A program made the position numbers and the translations under genes. The notes beneath the pieces were generated by a model, which was not told where the DNA came from, did not search any database, and saw only the letters and a list, made by a program, of their open reading frames with translations. From Macrostomum hystrix (taxonomy: Eukaryota > Animalia > Platyhelminthes), in NCBI GenBank assembly GCA_950097015.1, contig CATNEN010000029.1:5270001-5334000 (forward strand): a stretch of 64,000 nucleotides of DNA. The letters run 5' to 3'. Below, in pieces: positions 25,073 through 36,149 of the stretch (within the stretch, counting starts at the first letter, position 1; each line of letters starts with the position of its first letter).

Positions 25073-25235
25073 CTTGTCTTTGATCAGCATGATTTGCTGA
25101 TATGGTGCTGTTTTGGTTATTTAGAGTTGGGCTATTATTTTTTGCATTTTCACATGGGCTTATTTCAACAGTGTTGACATTAACAGAAACAACATGTGGA
25201 TCATTAACTTGTGTAATAATTGATGTGATATCCAT
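25073..25235 (-). CDS. CTDSP: CTD small phosphatase, exon 1 (ATG at 25235)
   Basis: MDITSIITQVNDP resembles the CTDSPL N-terminus MDGPAIITQVTNP. Donor CAA G/gtaag is phase 1 and matches the exon 2 acceptor. Full model is 403 aa. Confidence 0.8.
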
Positions 25236-28004
25236 TTAGTATAGATAAAAATATCTGAACAAAATTTTTATCCAAGATTAAATTTTTTTTAAGTTTTTTT
25301 AATTTTTGTTTCAGCAAGCTTTATCTTATGTCTTTAAGGTACTTTAGCCTTGCCCTTGTAAATCATTTATTATCAATCAGGTTGGTATTTTCGACTTTGC
25401 ATTTAAATATTTTGTGAAAATGGACTAAAACCATTCACTTGTACTAACTTTTTGTTATGCGAAAAAAGCACAACGCTATATCAGCAAGTAGTTCCTTGAC
25501 CTTGTATTGTAGAGCTAGCTAGTAGTCTAAGATAAAGAATTGAGCACCAGAAGCAGCCCAAATCTCACATGAATGGGTAATGCCGTAGTAAAAAAACGTT
25601 ATCGGCACTTATAGCTAGCTAAAGTTAAAATATTAATACTTTGGTACAAATTTAACCTACAATAAAATAAAAAATCGTTAATACAGCAAAGTGTTAAATT
25701 TTCATAAGGTAATTGGGCTCAATGAAAAAAATCAGAATGAAGACGTTTTAAAATTAATACTAAGAAACTACCATTTAAAACAAAGCATTTTTAGCTGTTA
25801 ATTCCTCCTTTTTAAGGTAAATAAAGTCCTTTTTGCATGAACACTTCTAACATTTTAATCCTAGCAATAATCAAACTGCATTATAAGGAAACTTGCTAAT
25901 TGGAATAGGAAAATATATTACTTTGTCTAATGTAAAACGTTATTTACGAACGATAACCAAATGCTGTCTTTTCTCTAAAATTGGCCTAGCTGTACGCATC
26001 GTTAGCGTTTTTTTAAAGCATATTATATTCATTTATGTGACGTAAATTCAATTTTAGCACCGGACAAAAAACTAGCTGAGACTTCGTTTACTCACAAACT
26101 CTTAAGAAAGATATTTACCTCGAGGATTCAAATCTACAGGCAGATTCCAATCGAATGCCAGCAGCTATTTGTGGTGCAGCACATGCCATGGCCAGGGACA
26201 AGAAAGAGCATGAAAACGCAGCAGGCTTTGCTTTTGGTGGTTGAGGCTTGCTTCCTAGCATCTCATGATGGTAAATAATTTTTGCACGTGCCGTTGCAGG
26301 TGACTTGCTATTGTAGTGTCAGCTTGTTTGTCCTTCTATCTCCCCGTGTTATTATTCAGTGCTTGTTGTGTATTTTAGACGCATGTATTTTTTTAGCTAA
26401 AAGTCACCCACACCAAGCCGGACCGGACCAGCCGGGGGAGCGGAGCGCTACCCCTGGGCTACAGTCCCGGCGATTCAGCAAACGACCCGGCCTCACTACC
26501 TGTCGACCCTCGGCAAGAAGCAACCCCGGGGCTCAGAACGGCGGTCGCGAGTCTACTGTGATTTGTCGCCTTGGCTCTACAGCCAGGCATCCACCTCCCC
26601 GATCGACCTAATTTATGATTAACACTACTCTATAAAAGGAAGCGTGTTTTTGCAGTGACTTTTTATCGTTCTCCGCAATTCGCCTCACACTATGAGAAGC
26701 ACGTGCAAGCTAGTCCACTTTGTTTTGTCTCGCCCCGCTCGACCACGCTCCGCTTGTTCAGTTAGGTAGCTTTCGGCGCTACGCGTCTTGTCGAGAGTGC
26801 GCCGCTGATAAGGGTGGTCTAGATAGGCGCTTGTTGTCGAAGTCAGTACGTGCTCTCTTCGGAGACTCCGCCGTCACGCAGAAGGAGTGCCAACCGATAG
26901 GATCTGTCGGGGCAGCGCTGAAAGCAGAGACAACCGGAGCCTCTCGGGAAGAGTAGGGCGCGGATTCGGCCAGTTTAAGTAAAATTGTTATATCCAATTT
27001 TCGCGGACCAAATTTTGCTTTTCACTGTGAGCGCGCTATATTTGCTTTCCGTGCGAATATCCTCATTCTGCCGGTGTAACTTTTGAATAAAGTTGAGCAA
27101 GTAAACGAGAGTCAAATCAATTCCTATTCTTATCTGGAGTCGGCGAGTCACAAAAAATAGACTAAATCACTCCCAATCAAATTATTCGAGTCTTCATGTT
27201 CATACTGTGTTGTTCTTTTTTTCATTGGGAGTTTCGCCGGGCCGGAGGACGACACGCGGGTCTCATCGCTTATCTATTCCGCTTGGCTCGCTACCCCAGT
27301 CCCTAACGCTATTTATTTTCAGATTTCCCCTGCTGCTATTGAACCGATTGGTAGAACACCGACCCCGGTGAATAGTGAATAGTCGCTAGCTTTAAATTCC
27401 TCACACTCCAGCTAGGACATTCATTTTATTACACTATTTTAGCTGAAGTTATGGAGGGTCCGAAGAGCTAAGTCTTATCATTTCTGTCTGTGTCCGCTGT
27501 CTGCCAGTCTCATTTTTATTATCTCGATCTAAAAGAGATCTATCGAGATCGAGGGCCTTCGGTTTATTAAACACCATTATAACACGACAAAGCGTGTATT
27601 TATTGACAAATTTTCATTTAATCCCAGCTTGGCTATTATAATTCTGTGTATTTATACTCGTATATTTAGTCGGCCTAGGCCAGTCATATAAAATACGATT
27701 GCTTATTTAATCGTTAAAAAATTGTACTATTCTGAGCCGGGGATGTGTTGTCTATGGTAATTTTTGGTGAGATTATTTGACAAAAACTAGGATATTATAT
27801 CTTAAAGCACGCAGTCAGCGATATATTAATTTCAAATTCTTATTGTAAGCATAATGAAGTCGACACTAATGGTCACAAAAGTCTATGTTCTAAAGACAAA
27901 TTTTTTGCAGCATCAATTATTGCGTTCAGATGAAAAAAATATTTAAATCAAAGGAATATGACGGAACACTTTGTGCGAGAACAGATTAACGACAACTAAG
28001 TGAA

Positions 28005-28559
28005 ATGAGCTCCTCAAAGCAGGGCGTCAATCTGGATTTTGTCTTCGGACCTGATTTAGAGCAGCAGACAACCGTTAATGCCGCCTCAACCGGAAAGGGA
28101 GAGGTCAGCAGTCTCGCCATTAGCAAATCCAATGCCTATCACCAATCCGACAAAGCCTACAGTATGCATTGCGTATCAATTGTCATCCTTTGCATTATCA
28201 TCTTTAACATGTCGGCCGCAGTTCTGATTTTAAATAATTTGGTCATTAATCAGCAAGCCACGTACAGAAAATTCATCACTAGCCCGGAGATGCTTCTCCA
28301 TCTGCCTTCGAACCGGGCCATCACCGAGTTTGTTATGTTCGAGAGTCTGGTCGGCGCCTGGGCCTTGCTCATGCAGTACAAGGCCTTGGTGCTGCTGTCT
28401 GCTTTTACTTCATCGGTTGCGTATATCCTGGTCGAGATTAGCATGCCAGCCTCAAGTGGCATGCTGGACACTAGGCTTCCTTGGTTTAACCTGATGAGCA
28501 AGGCTTTCCTCTGCGCGAGGTTCTGCATCACATTTAGCTACTGGTTTGGCGATAACTAA
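28005..28559 (+). CDS. Orphan small multi-pass (~4 TM) membrane protein, 184 aa
   Basis: ATG-initiated ORF with raised GC in an AT-rich context and several hydrophobic segments; no family recognised. Confidence 0.55.
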   Translation: MSSSKQGVNLDFVFGPDLEQQTTVNAASTGKGEVSSLAISKSNAYHQSDKAYSMHCVSIVILCIIIFNMSAAVLILNNLVINQQATYRKFITSPEMLLHLPSNRAITEFVMFESLVGAWALLMQYKALVLLSAFTSSVAYILVEISMPASSGMLDTRLPWFNLMSKAFLCARFCITFSYWFGDN

Positions 28560-28982
28560 TTCGTCTCAAGCGATGTCCCGATGATTTTCCGGACTTTTGA
28601 ACTTAAACTGCAGTACATGTTGGACAAAATAAAATGTTTTCCGAGTTTATTTCTGTTGCCTGTTAACAGATTGGAAGTTTAAACAGTTATAAATAATTTT
28701 TGTATTTTTAATTTAAAGCCTTCTCAACAGTGTCAGCTGAGTTGCATGAGCAGTGCTTATTTACTACAATAATTTGTGTCGGAAAACAACAGATTGTGTT
28801 CAACAAAAGGAACCTTAAACAAGTCGAGTTAGTGTTATTATAATAATTTTAATTACTTTAATTCAATCAAACAAATCAAACAATGTAACAATATTTAAAC
28901 AAATCATCAATATTCGAGCCATTTTTGCGCTCGTAGTTTAACTCAGCGGTATAGGCTGAGCTGTGAGCAGCAATTTCTGTGC

Positions 28983-29415
28983 TCAGTTGTCGTACCTCTT
29001 TAAGTCGACCCAGCCGTAGGTGTGCTGGCATTTCCCGCACTGCATTCGCAAGTGCGGAAGCAGCGCGTACTTCATTATGAACGCCACAACGCAGGAAAAT
29101 ATCAAGGCAAGCTGCATCTGGGCGTCCAGCGTCACCTCCATATCTCCGACAATGTTGACAACAGCGGCGGCGCAGTCGGGCCAGAGTAGTCTGCTGTCGG
29201 CGGACGTGACGCAGTCCCATGTCTGATTGGGTGCCTTGCCGTAGGTCTGGCAGCACTCGCCGGGCAGGTCGGACGGAATTGGCCATCCAAAGCTGCTCTT
29301 GGAAATAAAGCCATTGAAGCAGCAGGGCAAATTCTCATAGGCATGCAGACTCCAGAAGGAGGTTATGCCCTGTTCCGAGATGGCCGTGCGAATGGCTTCA
29401 GCTGACAGCAGCTGC
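28983..29415 (-). CDS. Divergent tetraspanin-like protein, last exon (EC2 Cys region + TM4)
   Basis: W..H..ENLPCCFNG (CCG-like), PGECC (PxxCC), further C and DC, then hydrophobic TM4. The acceptor acacag is in phase 2 with the donor at 29809. Confidence 0.7.
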
Positions 29416-29489
29416 CTGTGTTGGGCCTGCGCGGGTCAGTGCAGCCACTCCAGCTTCAGAATAAAACTATGATGCCTAACTCAAATATA

Positions 29490-29812
29490 TACAGCCATAC
29501 AGCCATCTAAACACCTGACAACTGACTCTAAACGCCTGACAACTGAATCTAAATACCTGACAACTGAATCTAAACACCTGACAACTGACTCTAAACACCT
29601 GACAACTGAATCTAAACACCTGACAACTGAATCTAAACACCTGACAACTGAATCTAAACACCTGACAACTGAATCTAAACACCTGACAACTGAATCTAAA
29701 CACCTGACAACTGAATCTAAACACCTGACAACTGAATCTAAACACCTGACAACTGAATCTATACACCTGACAACTGAATCTAAACACCTGACAACTGAAT
29801 CTAAATACCTGA
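29490..29812. repeat. 21-bp intronic minisatellite (minus strand ATTCAGTTGTCAGGTGTTTAG), 14-15 units
   Basis: Direct repeats starting exactly at the exon/intron junction. Confidence 0.95.
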
Positions 29813-30380
29813 TGTGAATATCCGACAATGTGATTCTAATCAAGGCTGAAAAGCTTACATCGATGTCCAGACGCAGTATGCGAATGCTTCTCTGCATGGA
29901 CAGGAAAATCTGAAAGGGTATGGAAACCGTTAGAATAGCCGCAATGGTGAGACAGTGCCTGCGCCGCCTCTCAAGCTTTTGTAGAATCGTTGCCAGGTAC
30001 CTGCCCTTAACTGGCAGAATCAGGTAGAAGCTGAGCACCGCGCAGATCAGGCTCATCAGGCCAGACACAACATTCAGCACGCACAATAGAAAGTTGTACC
30101 AGGGTGGTTTGAAAAGTTCCATGTTCACTTGATTCACTTGTTTCATGTTGACAAGAGTGTACAGGCTGGGCACCACAGTGCAATAGATGTTTGCCAGGTA
30201 GTTGGCATAGTAACAGATGTAGTAGATTACGCAGGGTAGCGGCAAGCCGATGCCTAACAGTATCAGAACGCTGGCCATATTGGGGTGGCTGTTAACGAAC
30301 TGATAGGACTCTAGTAACTGCTCATAAGTGCTGAACCGTCTGATGGACTCTGGCACAATGGGTTTTGTGACTTGTTGCAA
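29809..30380 (-). CDS. Divergent tetraspanin-like protein, exon with TM1-TM3 (start uncertain: ATG 30278 or an upstream exon)
   Basis: Three hydrophobic helices with a basic intracellular loop (LERRRRH); donor AG/gtattt at 29809. The listed ORF start is TTG. Confidence 0.65.
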
Positions 30381-30519
30381 ACAAATACTGCTTTAGCTGC
30401 GATATGAGTACGCGCATTTTATCCTGCTGCTCGACATTAAAACTTATTAAGGTTCGTAGATTTATAATCCCAAGTTGTTGAGATGACCTAAGTTGACTAT
30501 AGATCCCGCGGGCAAGATG

Positions 30520-32045
30520 CGCTCTCATCTCTTCCCTGTCTCATATTTCCACTATCTCCTCTTTCCCCTGTCTCATCTCTCCCGTGTCTCCCGTCTCTCT
30601 CCCGTGTCATCTCTCCCGTGTCTCATCTCTCCCGTGGCTCATCTCGTCCCTGTCTTATCTCTCCCGTGTCTCATCTCTCACTTGTCTCATCTCTCCCCTG
30701 TCTCATCTCTCACGTGTCTCATCTCTCCTGTGTGTCATCTCTCCCGTGTCTCATCTCTCCCCTGTCTCATCTCTCTAGTGTCTCCCGTCTCTCTCCCGTG
30801 TCATCTCTTCCTGTCTCCTCTCTTCTCTGTCTCATTTATCCCATTTCTCATCTCATATCATCTCTGACTAGTCCCTCCCCCTGTCTCTTCTATCCCATGC
30901 CTCATCTCTCATATGTCTCATCTCTCCCCTGACTCATCTCTCCCCTGTCTCATCTCTCCCCTGACTCATCTCTCCCCTGTCTCATCTCTCCCCTGTCTCA
31001 TCTCTCCCGTGTAATCTCTCCCCTGTCTCATCTCTCCCCTGACTCATCTCTCCCCTGTCTCATCTCTCCCCTGTCTCATCTCTCCCGTGTAATCTCTCCC
31101 GTGTCTCATCTCTCACTTGTCTCATCTCTCCCCTGTCTCATCTCTCACGTGTCTCATCTCTCCTGTGTGTCATCTCTCCCGTGTCTCATCTCTCCCCTGT
31201 CTCATCTCTCTAGTGTCTCCCGTCTCTCTCCCGTGTCATCTCTTCCTGTCTCCTCTCTTCTCTGTCTCATTTATCCCATGTCTCATCTCATATCATGTCT
31301 GACTAGTCCCCCCCTGTCTATTCTATCCCATGCCTCATCTCTCATGTGTCTAATCTCTCCCCTGTCTCATCTCTCCCCTGACTCATCTCTCCCCTGTCTC
31401 ATCTCTCCCCTGTCTCATCTCTCCCGTGTAATCTCTCCCCTGTCTCATCTCTCCCCTGTCTCATATCTCCCCCGTCTCCTCTCTCCCCTGTCTCATCTCT
31501 CTAGTGTCTCCCGTCTCTCTCCCGTGTCATCTCTTCTTGTCTCCTCTCTTCTCTGTCTCATTTATCCCATTTCTCATCTCATATCATCTCTGACTAGTCC
31601 CTCCCCCTGTCTCTTCTATCCCATGCCTCATCTCTCATATGTCTCATCTCTCCCCTGTCTCATCTCTCCCCTGACTCATCTCTCCCCTGTCTCATCTCTC
31701 ACGTGTCTCATCTCTCCCGTGTGACATCTCTCCCCTGTCTCATCTCTCCCGTGTAATCTCTCCCCTGTCTCATATCTCCCCCGTCTTATCTCTCCCCTGT
31801 CTCATCTCTCCCGTGTCTCCCGTCTCTCTCCCGTGTCATCTCTTCTTGTCTCCTCTCTTCTCTGTCTCAATTATCCCATTTCTCATCTCATATCATCTCT
31901 GACTAGTCCCTCCCCTGTCTCGTCTATCCCATGCCTCATCTCTCATGTGTCTCATCTCTCTCCTGTCTCATCTCTCCAATGTCTCCTCCCTTCACTGTCT
32001 TATCTCTTATATGCCTCATCTATCCTGTGTCTCATCTCACCTCTT
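30520..32045. repeat. Pyrimidine-rich 16-bp minisatellite CTCATCTCTCCCCTGT with four larger blocks marked by TGACTAGTCC
   Basis: Direct repeats; marker block recurs near 30866, 31300, 31592 and 31900. Confidence 0.92.
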
Positions 32046-33046
32046 TTTCATATTCCTACAGTCAATGCGGCTCGCTGTCGTCTTTTAGGTTCTCTCCGTG
32101 ACCCGCACGCTAATAAGTTTGCCGATCCCTGCTATAGATGCAAATGGCCGCTTACCGCAATTCAGTCCACGGACTGTGCAATCCGAATTTCTACCCCAGT
32201 TAATATCGTTATCAAATTTTACACCTGGCCCTCATGGTAGGTAAATATTGACTACACATACTTATAAAAGTACTCTGTCCGCTGTAGCGCCCCAAATAGA
32301 CGTGAATTCGAACCCAAGAACCTTCTAGCGAAACTCCCGAGGCCTCATTAATTGGTCAATCAGATATTCAAATTTTCCCCTGTTATCTCGCGATTGGTCA
32401 TACTTCAGTGAGTGGTGTGATTTCAGGCAGCATAATGGTCACTTACCCAGCGGAGTCTCCGATCTCTTCTGCCGCTGCCCAGCAGCGTGGACTTTGTTGT
32501 CACCCTCGGCTCTATAGTACATTTTATTGATCGCTTGTCAGTGTCTGGTATTAGCGATAAATTCGAAGTTAGATTAGGCTGCACGAAGCTCTCGTTCGTG
32601 TCCTGAAGGTTTAGACCATAGACTATCGGTCTCGTGTACTTTGACAATTTATAGTAGGTATTGAGTCTTTCGAGCAAATGTGCAAGACGTTCTAAAAAGT
32701 GTATCGCATTGTCCATCGTTGTCCTGCTTTGTTCGAAATTGGGGAAAAAAATAATTGTGAGTCAAGGGGGCATTCCCCCCATTGGTATAAAAACGGGCGG
32801 CAAAATTGGTGTGTTAAGTTGGACATAATGGAGGGGGTTGGCGGTGAGATAACAAGATAGTGCGCGACTGAGGGTAGGAGAGGAGGCTAGAAGGTGAGCG
32901 GTGGACCAATCAGAAGGCAGAAAAGGAGAGAGATCAAGGTCAGAGTTAAAGAACCAGACAGAATTACAGACAAAAATACTCCAAAACTCCGAAAATGCTC
33001 TGTCGGAAACATAGGGAAACTTGGTCAATGTCTTTGAACACAAAGA

Positions 33047-33285
33047 GGTTGTAGCCTAGTCGTTAGGGCGTCGGACTCACGACTTGAAGATCGGGGCTTC
33101 GATTCCCGACTCCACTGAACCAATTTGTGTCCTTTAGCATGACACGTAACTCTGCATTGCTTCAGTTCACCCAGCTGTTGAATGGGTACCAGCATTAGCT
33201 GGGATAATTGAAGGTGGGTGTGGCGTCCCCCCAGTCCATGGACTGAACAGCTGTACGCCGTATTCAGATGCGCCGCGCAAGTAAT
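33047..33285 (+). mobile_element. SINE family B (CORE-SINE), most intact copy
   Basis: tRNA head, then TTGTGTCCTTTAGCATGACACGTAACTCTGCATTGCTTCAGTTCACCCAGCTGTTGAATGGG, which aligns with the MIR CORE TGTGTGACCTTGGGCAAGTCACTTAACCTCTCTGAGCCTCAGTTTCCTCATCTGTAAAATGGG. Confidence 0.85.
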
Positions 33286-33513
33286 AAATTGACAACGTGC
33301 TCTCGCGTACAGAATTGCACTAAATGAAAAGTAATAATATTTTTTAGCAGCGGAGCTCTCACATTTTCTTCCTTAAGGGAGTCTTTCGCAAATATAAGCA
33401 GCAATAGAAAAATATATACAAATAGCAATAGAAAACATTATGAGCGAATAGTATACCAGCAGCGAAATACATATGAAAATTCAGATTGTCAGTCACTAGC
33501 GCAAAATCATTGA

Positions 33514-34480
33514 TCAGTCAATTTCAAGCTGCAACCTGTCTGGCCGATTCCGAATCCGCTCGGGGTAGCGCCTCACCGAGCTGCCCGGCGGCTCAGTAGC
33601 CGCTGCCGTTTCCACTGACGCAGAGTCCGGAGCATCTGAAATCCCGCTAGCCGCATTCGATACCACTGGCGCCCGGTCTGTTCCAGGCTCGACCTCAGGT
33701 TGCACTGATGCGATCGATGGTGCGGCTGCACGAGCTGAGCACCGCGGACTGGAGTCGATGGTGGCAGACGGTATGGTCGGCTCAGACAGCATCTGGTCGA
33801 TGTGGCGGCGTACGATGCCGTCGCCGACCTGGACATCATAGTTGCGCTGGGCCGCATAAACCACGGTACCGGACGCCCAGCCGGCGTCCTCGCCGAAGCC
33901 CTTGACTCGAGCCCTGTCGCCGATCTCGAACCCGGTCCACCACTGACGGCCGCGGGAGGTCCAACCTGGAGCGCAGCCGGCGCCCGAATAGCAGCTCGCT
34001 GGGAGACACGCCGGTTGTTGAATGCGGCGTGATTCGGTATGCGAACATGAAGTTTTGCAGCGCCGCAGCAGAGTGACCGGACTTTCTGATGTGCACCTTC
34101 AGCGTTGGGACGAACCGCTCGGCTTGGCCGTTGGTTGCCGGATGATATGGCGCCGATGTTATCTGTCGAATACCGTTGCGGCTGGCGAATTCAGAGAACT
34201 CCTTTGACGAGAACTGTGGACCGTTATCGGAGACTAGTATGAGAGGTAGGCCCAGGTGGCTGAAGACGTCTCGCAGATGAGCGATGGTGCTACCGGCTGA
34301 GGTGTCAGTCATCTGTCAAACCTCTAGCCACTTGCTGTGCGCGTCGATGATAATCAGATAGACTCGACCGTCGACAGGGCCGGCGAAATCGACGTGAACC
34401 TTGATGCGTTGGAGTGCGTTGGAGCCTTGATCGGATCAGCCTGATGAGCTTTGCAGGTTTCGCATGTTCGCGCCAGCTGC
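33514..34480 (-). mobile_element. Ty3/Gypsy LTR retrotransposon integrase fragment (pseudogenised)
   Basis: CETC zinc ligands; VHVDFAGP..YLIIIDAHSKWLEV* (in-frame stop); LVSDNGPQFSS; PYHPATNGQAERFV; YRITPHSTTGVSPSELLFGRRLRSRLD; PERIRNRPDRL tail. Confidence 0.92.
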
Positions 34481-35012
34481 TAAAAGCTAGCTGATAATGC
34501 ACATGGGCTCTCGCTGTTAAAGAGTGAGAAACCTTAATAAAATGGCCAGCAGGGGAGCTCAAAATGGGGTATAGGCTTAAAACGAAGACTTTTTGAGTGA
34601 GAATAGACTACTTCAAAGGAAGATGCGAGAAATGCAGCAAGATTTTTATCTTAGTGCTTAAAAATAAGAAAGACCGCTTCATGTCATTATTTTTTATTGC
34701 TTCAGGAAATATATTTATAGAGACTCAGTCATTTTCCAGTTGGGACTAAAAATTTTTGAATCACAACCAAAGTATTCATTCACATTCACATTCACATTTA
34801 TCGCTTGAAATTCATGTACATTTTTTTAAATACATTGCATTTACATGTAGCTAAGCTAAATCGACCTAATTTAGTTAGCTCACTTTGCTAAGCAAAAAAG
34901 GTAGCACTACTTATAATAGTATTTTGAGATAGTGTCTCGATTAATTTTTAAGATTAAGTAAAAATCAACTTTGCAACGGACTGCTCTATTTAGGGAAGGA
35001 AGTTGTCAAGGA

Positions 35013-35137
35013 TCAAAGTAGATCACGGAGTAGAGCAGACGCTGGCAAGGCCAATAAAAACAACAAGTTTCGCAGCCTCATTATATTGTGCGCCAGGTTG
35101 TGTGCCATCTGTTGCTGTTGGCGCCTCTGGCTGATAC
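35013..35137 (-). CDS. Dpr/ZIG-8-like two-Ig protein, exon 5 (hydrophobic GPI-signal-like tail)
   Basis: Phase-1 acceptor tcacag; ends RNLLFLLALPASALLRDLL*. Confidence 0.65.
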
Positions 35138-35250
35138 CTGTGATATGTGGGGGTAAGGGCGTGTTGGATTGTTACAGACATGCAATTTCATTCATTTCAG
35201 ATCTAATGGATCTTGTCAAAACCAATCGCCAAATCAAACAACAAAATACC

Positions 35251-35545
35251 GGGGGTCGGGTCAGTGGCAGAGCGGTTAACGCATTCGCCTCTCGCACCAA
35301 GGTCCCTGAGCTCGATTCCGCAGCGAGGCCACATTCATTTGGGTTGCAGCCGCGGAGAGAAGGCTTGAGTGCTTGTCGTTTAATTTACAGTCTTGAGGGC
35401 CAACCTCCAAGGCACAGTGCGAGTGTACACTGTCTGACGATTAGAAGGTCAAGGCAGTTGTATACACCTGTGTGAGCGTGTGCCTGCGTACAGTATCTGT
35501 GTGCGTGTGTGCTCAGGAGTCAGCGGAATGGGCAGAATTTCGGTG
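35251..35545 (+). mobile_element. SINE family A, near full-length copy (intronic)
   Basis: A box TGGCAGAGCGG, loop CT-CGC-AC, B box GAGCTCGATTCC, head ending GGCCA, shared body to GGGCAGAAT. Confidence 0.9.
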
Positions 35546-35831
35546 GTAATAATTGCACCCTCCTGCGATTATTTTTATTATTAATCAACAACAATATACC
35601 TCTTGCGATCAGCAGGAGTGCATTTTAGGCACAGTTAGGAGTTGTTTAAAAAAACAATAAATATATGCTTTTCACAGATAAAGCTCGACAGAAATCGATA
35701 AAGCTATGAAAAGGAAACTAGTATCAAAAGATGAGCCTTTGATTCGCCGCCAATCGGAGCCTACTTTCCCGCCCTTCTACTCCTAGTGGTCCTTGGCACC
35801 AATGTATAGTGCTGGTACCCTGCACTCGTAC

Positions 35832-36128
35832 CAGTCACTGTGAGCGAGTGCACGGCTGCCACGGGCGGGACAGTCAAGCAGCAGGCCCAGTCGCCGCGGT
35901 GCTCCAGCCCCACGGCAGCGATGGTCAGCACGCTTGTCAGGGTGCAGCCTCTGTCGCTGCTCCAACTTTCGGCGATGTCCACTCCAGGTTTGCGCGCGTC
36001 CGCTCCGCGGTGACGCCACACCAAGTTGCCATGGTTACTACTGGCAGTTGACAGCTTAGCTGTGCACGTGAATGACAGGTACTGTTTGCCAAGCCGAGCT
36101 ACAGACGGCCCACTGATGATAACTGTGG
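35832..36128 (-). CDS. Dpr/ZIG-8-like protein, exon 4 (Ig2)
   Basis: ATVIISGP..LSFTC..LVWRH..SVLTI..HRGDWAC; phase 1/1 ag-gt boundaries. Confidence 0.85.
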
Positions 36129-36149
36129 CTGAGAACAATGAGAAAGTTA

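Noticed and set aside
26400-27420. GC-rich block with short ORFs and a weak CGCTACCCC..AGTCCC direct similarity
   Set aside because: No convincing TIR, LTR, TSD or protein motif; cannot be classified by eye.
29481-30380. 299-aa ORF ending in LDSVVRC repeats as a complete protein
   Set aside because: It reads into an intron; splicing to 29415 restores the tetraspanin EC2 and TM4.
35251-35330. SINE heads as functional tRNA-Ala genes
   Set aside because: Mismatched stems, degenerate B boxes, no T-run terminator, and each continues into a shared SINE body.
35420-35470. CTGACGA in the SINE-A body as a possible hammerhead core
   Set aside because: Not conserved across copies (CTGAAAA, TTGACAA, CAGACGA) and no correctly placed stem II-GAAA.
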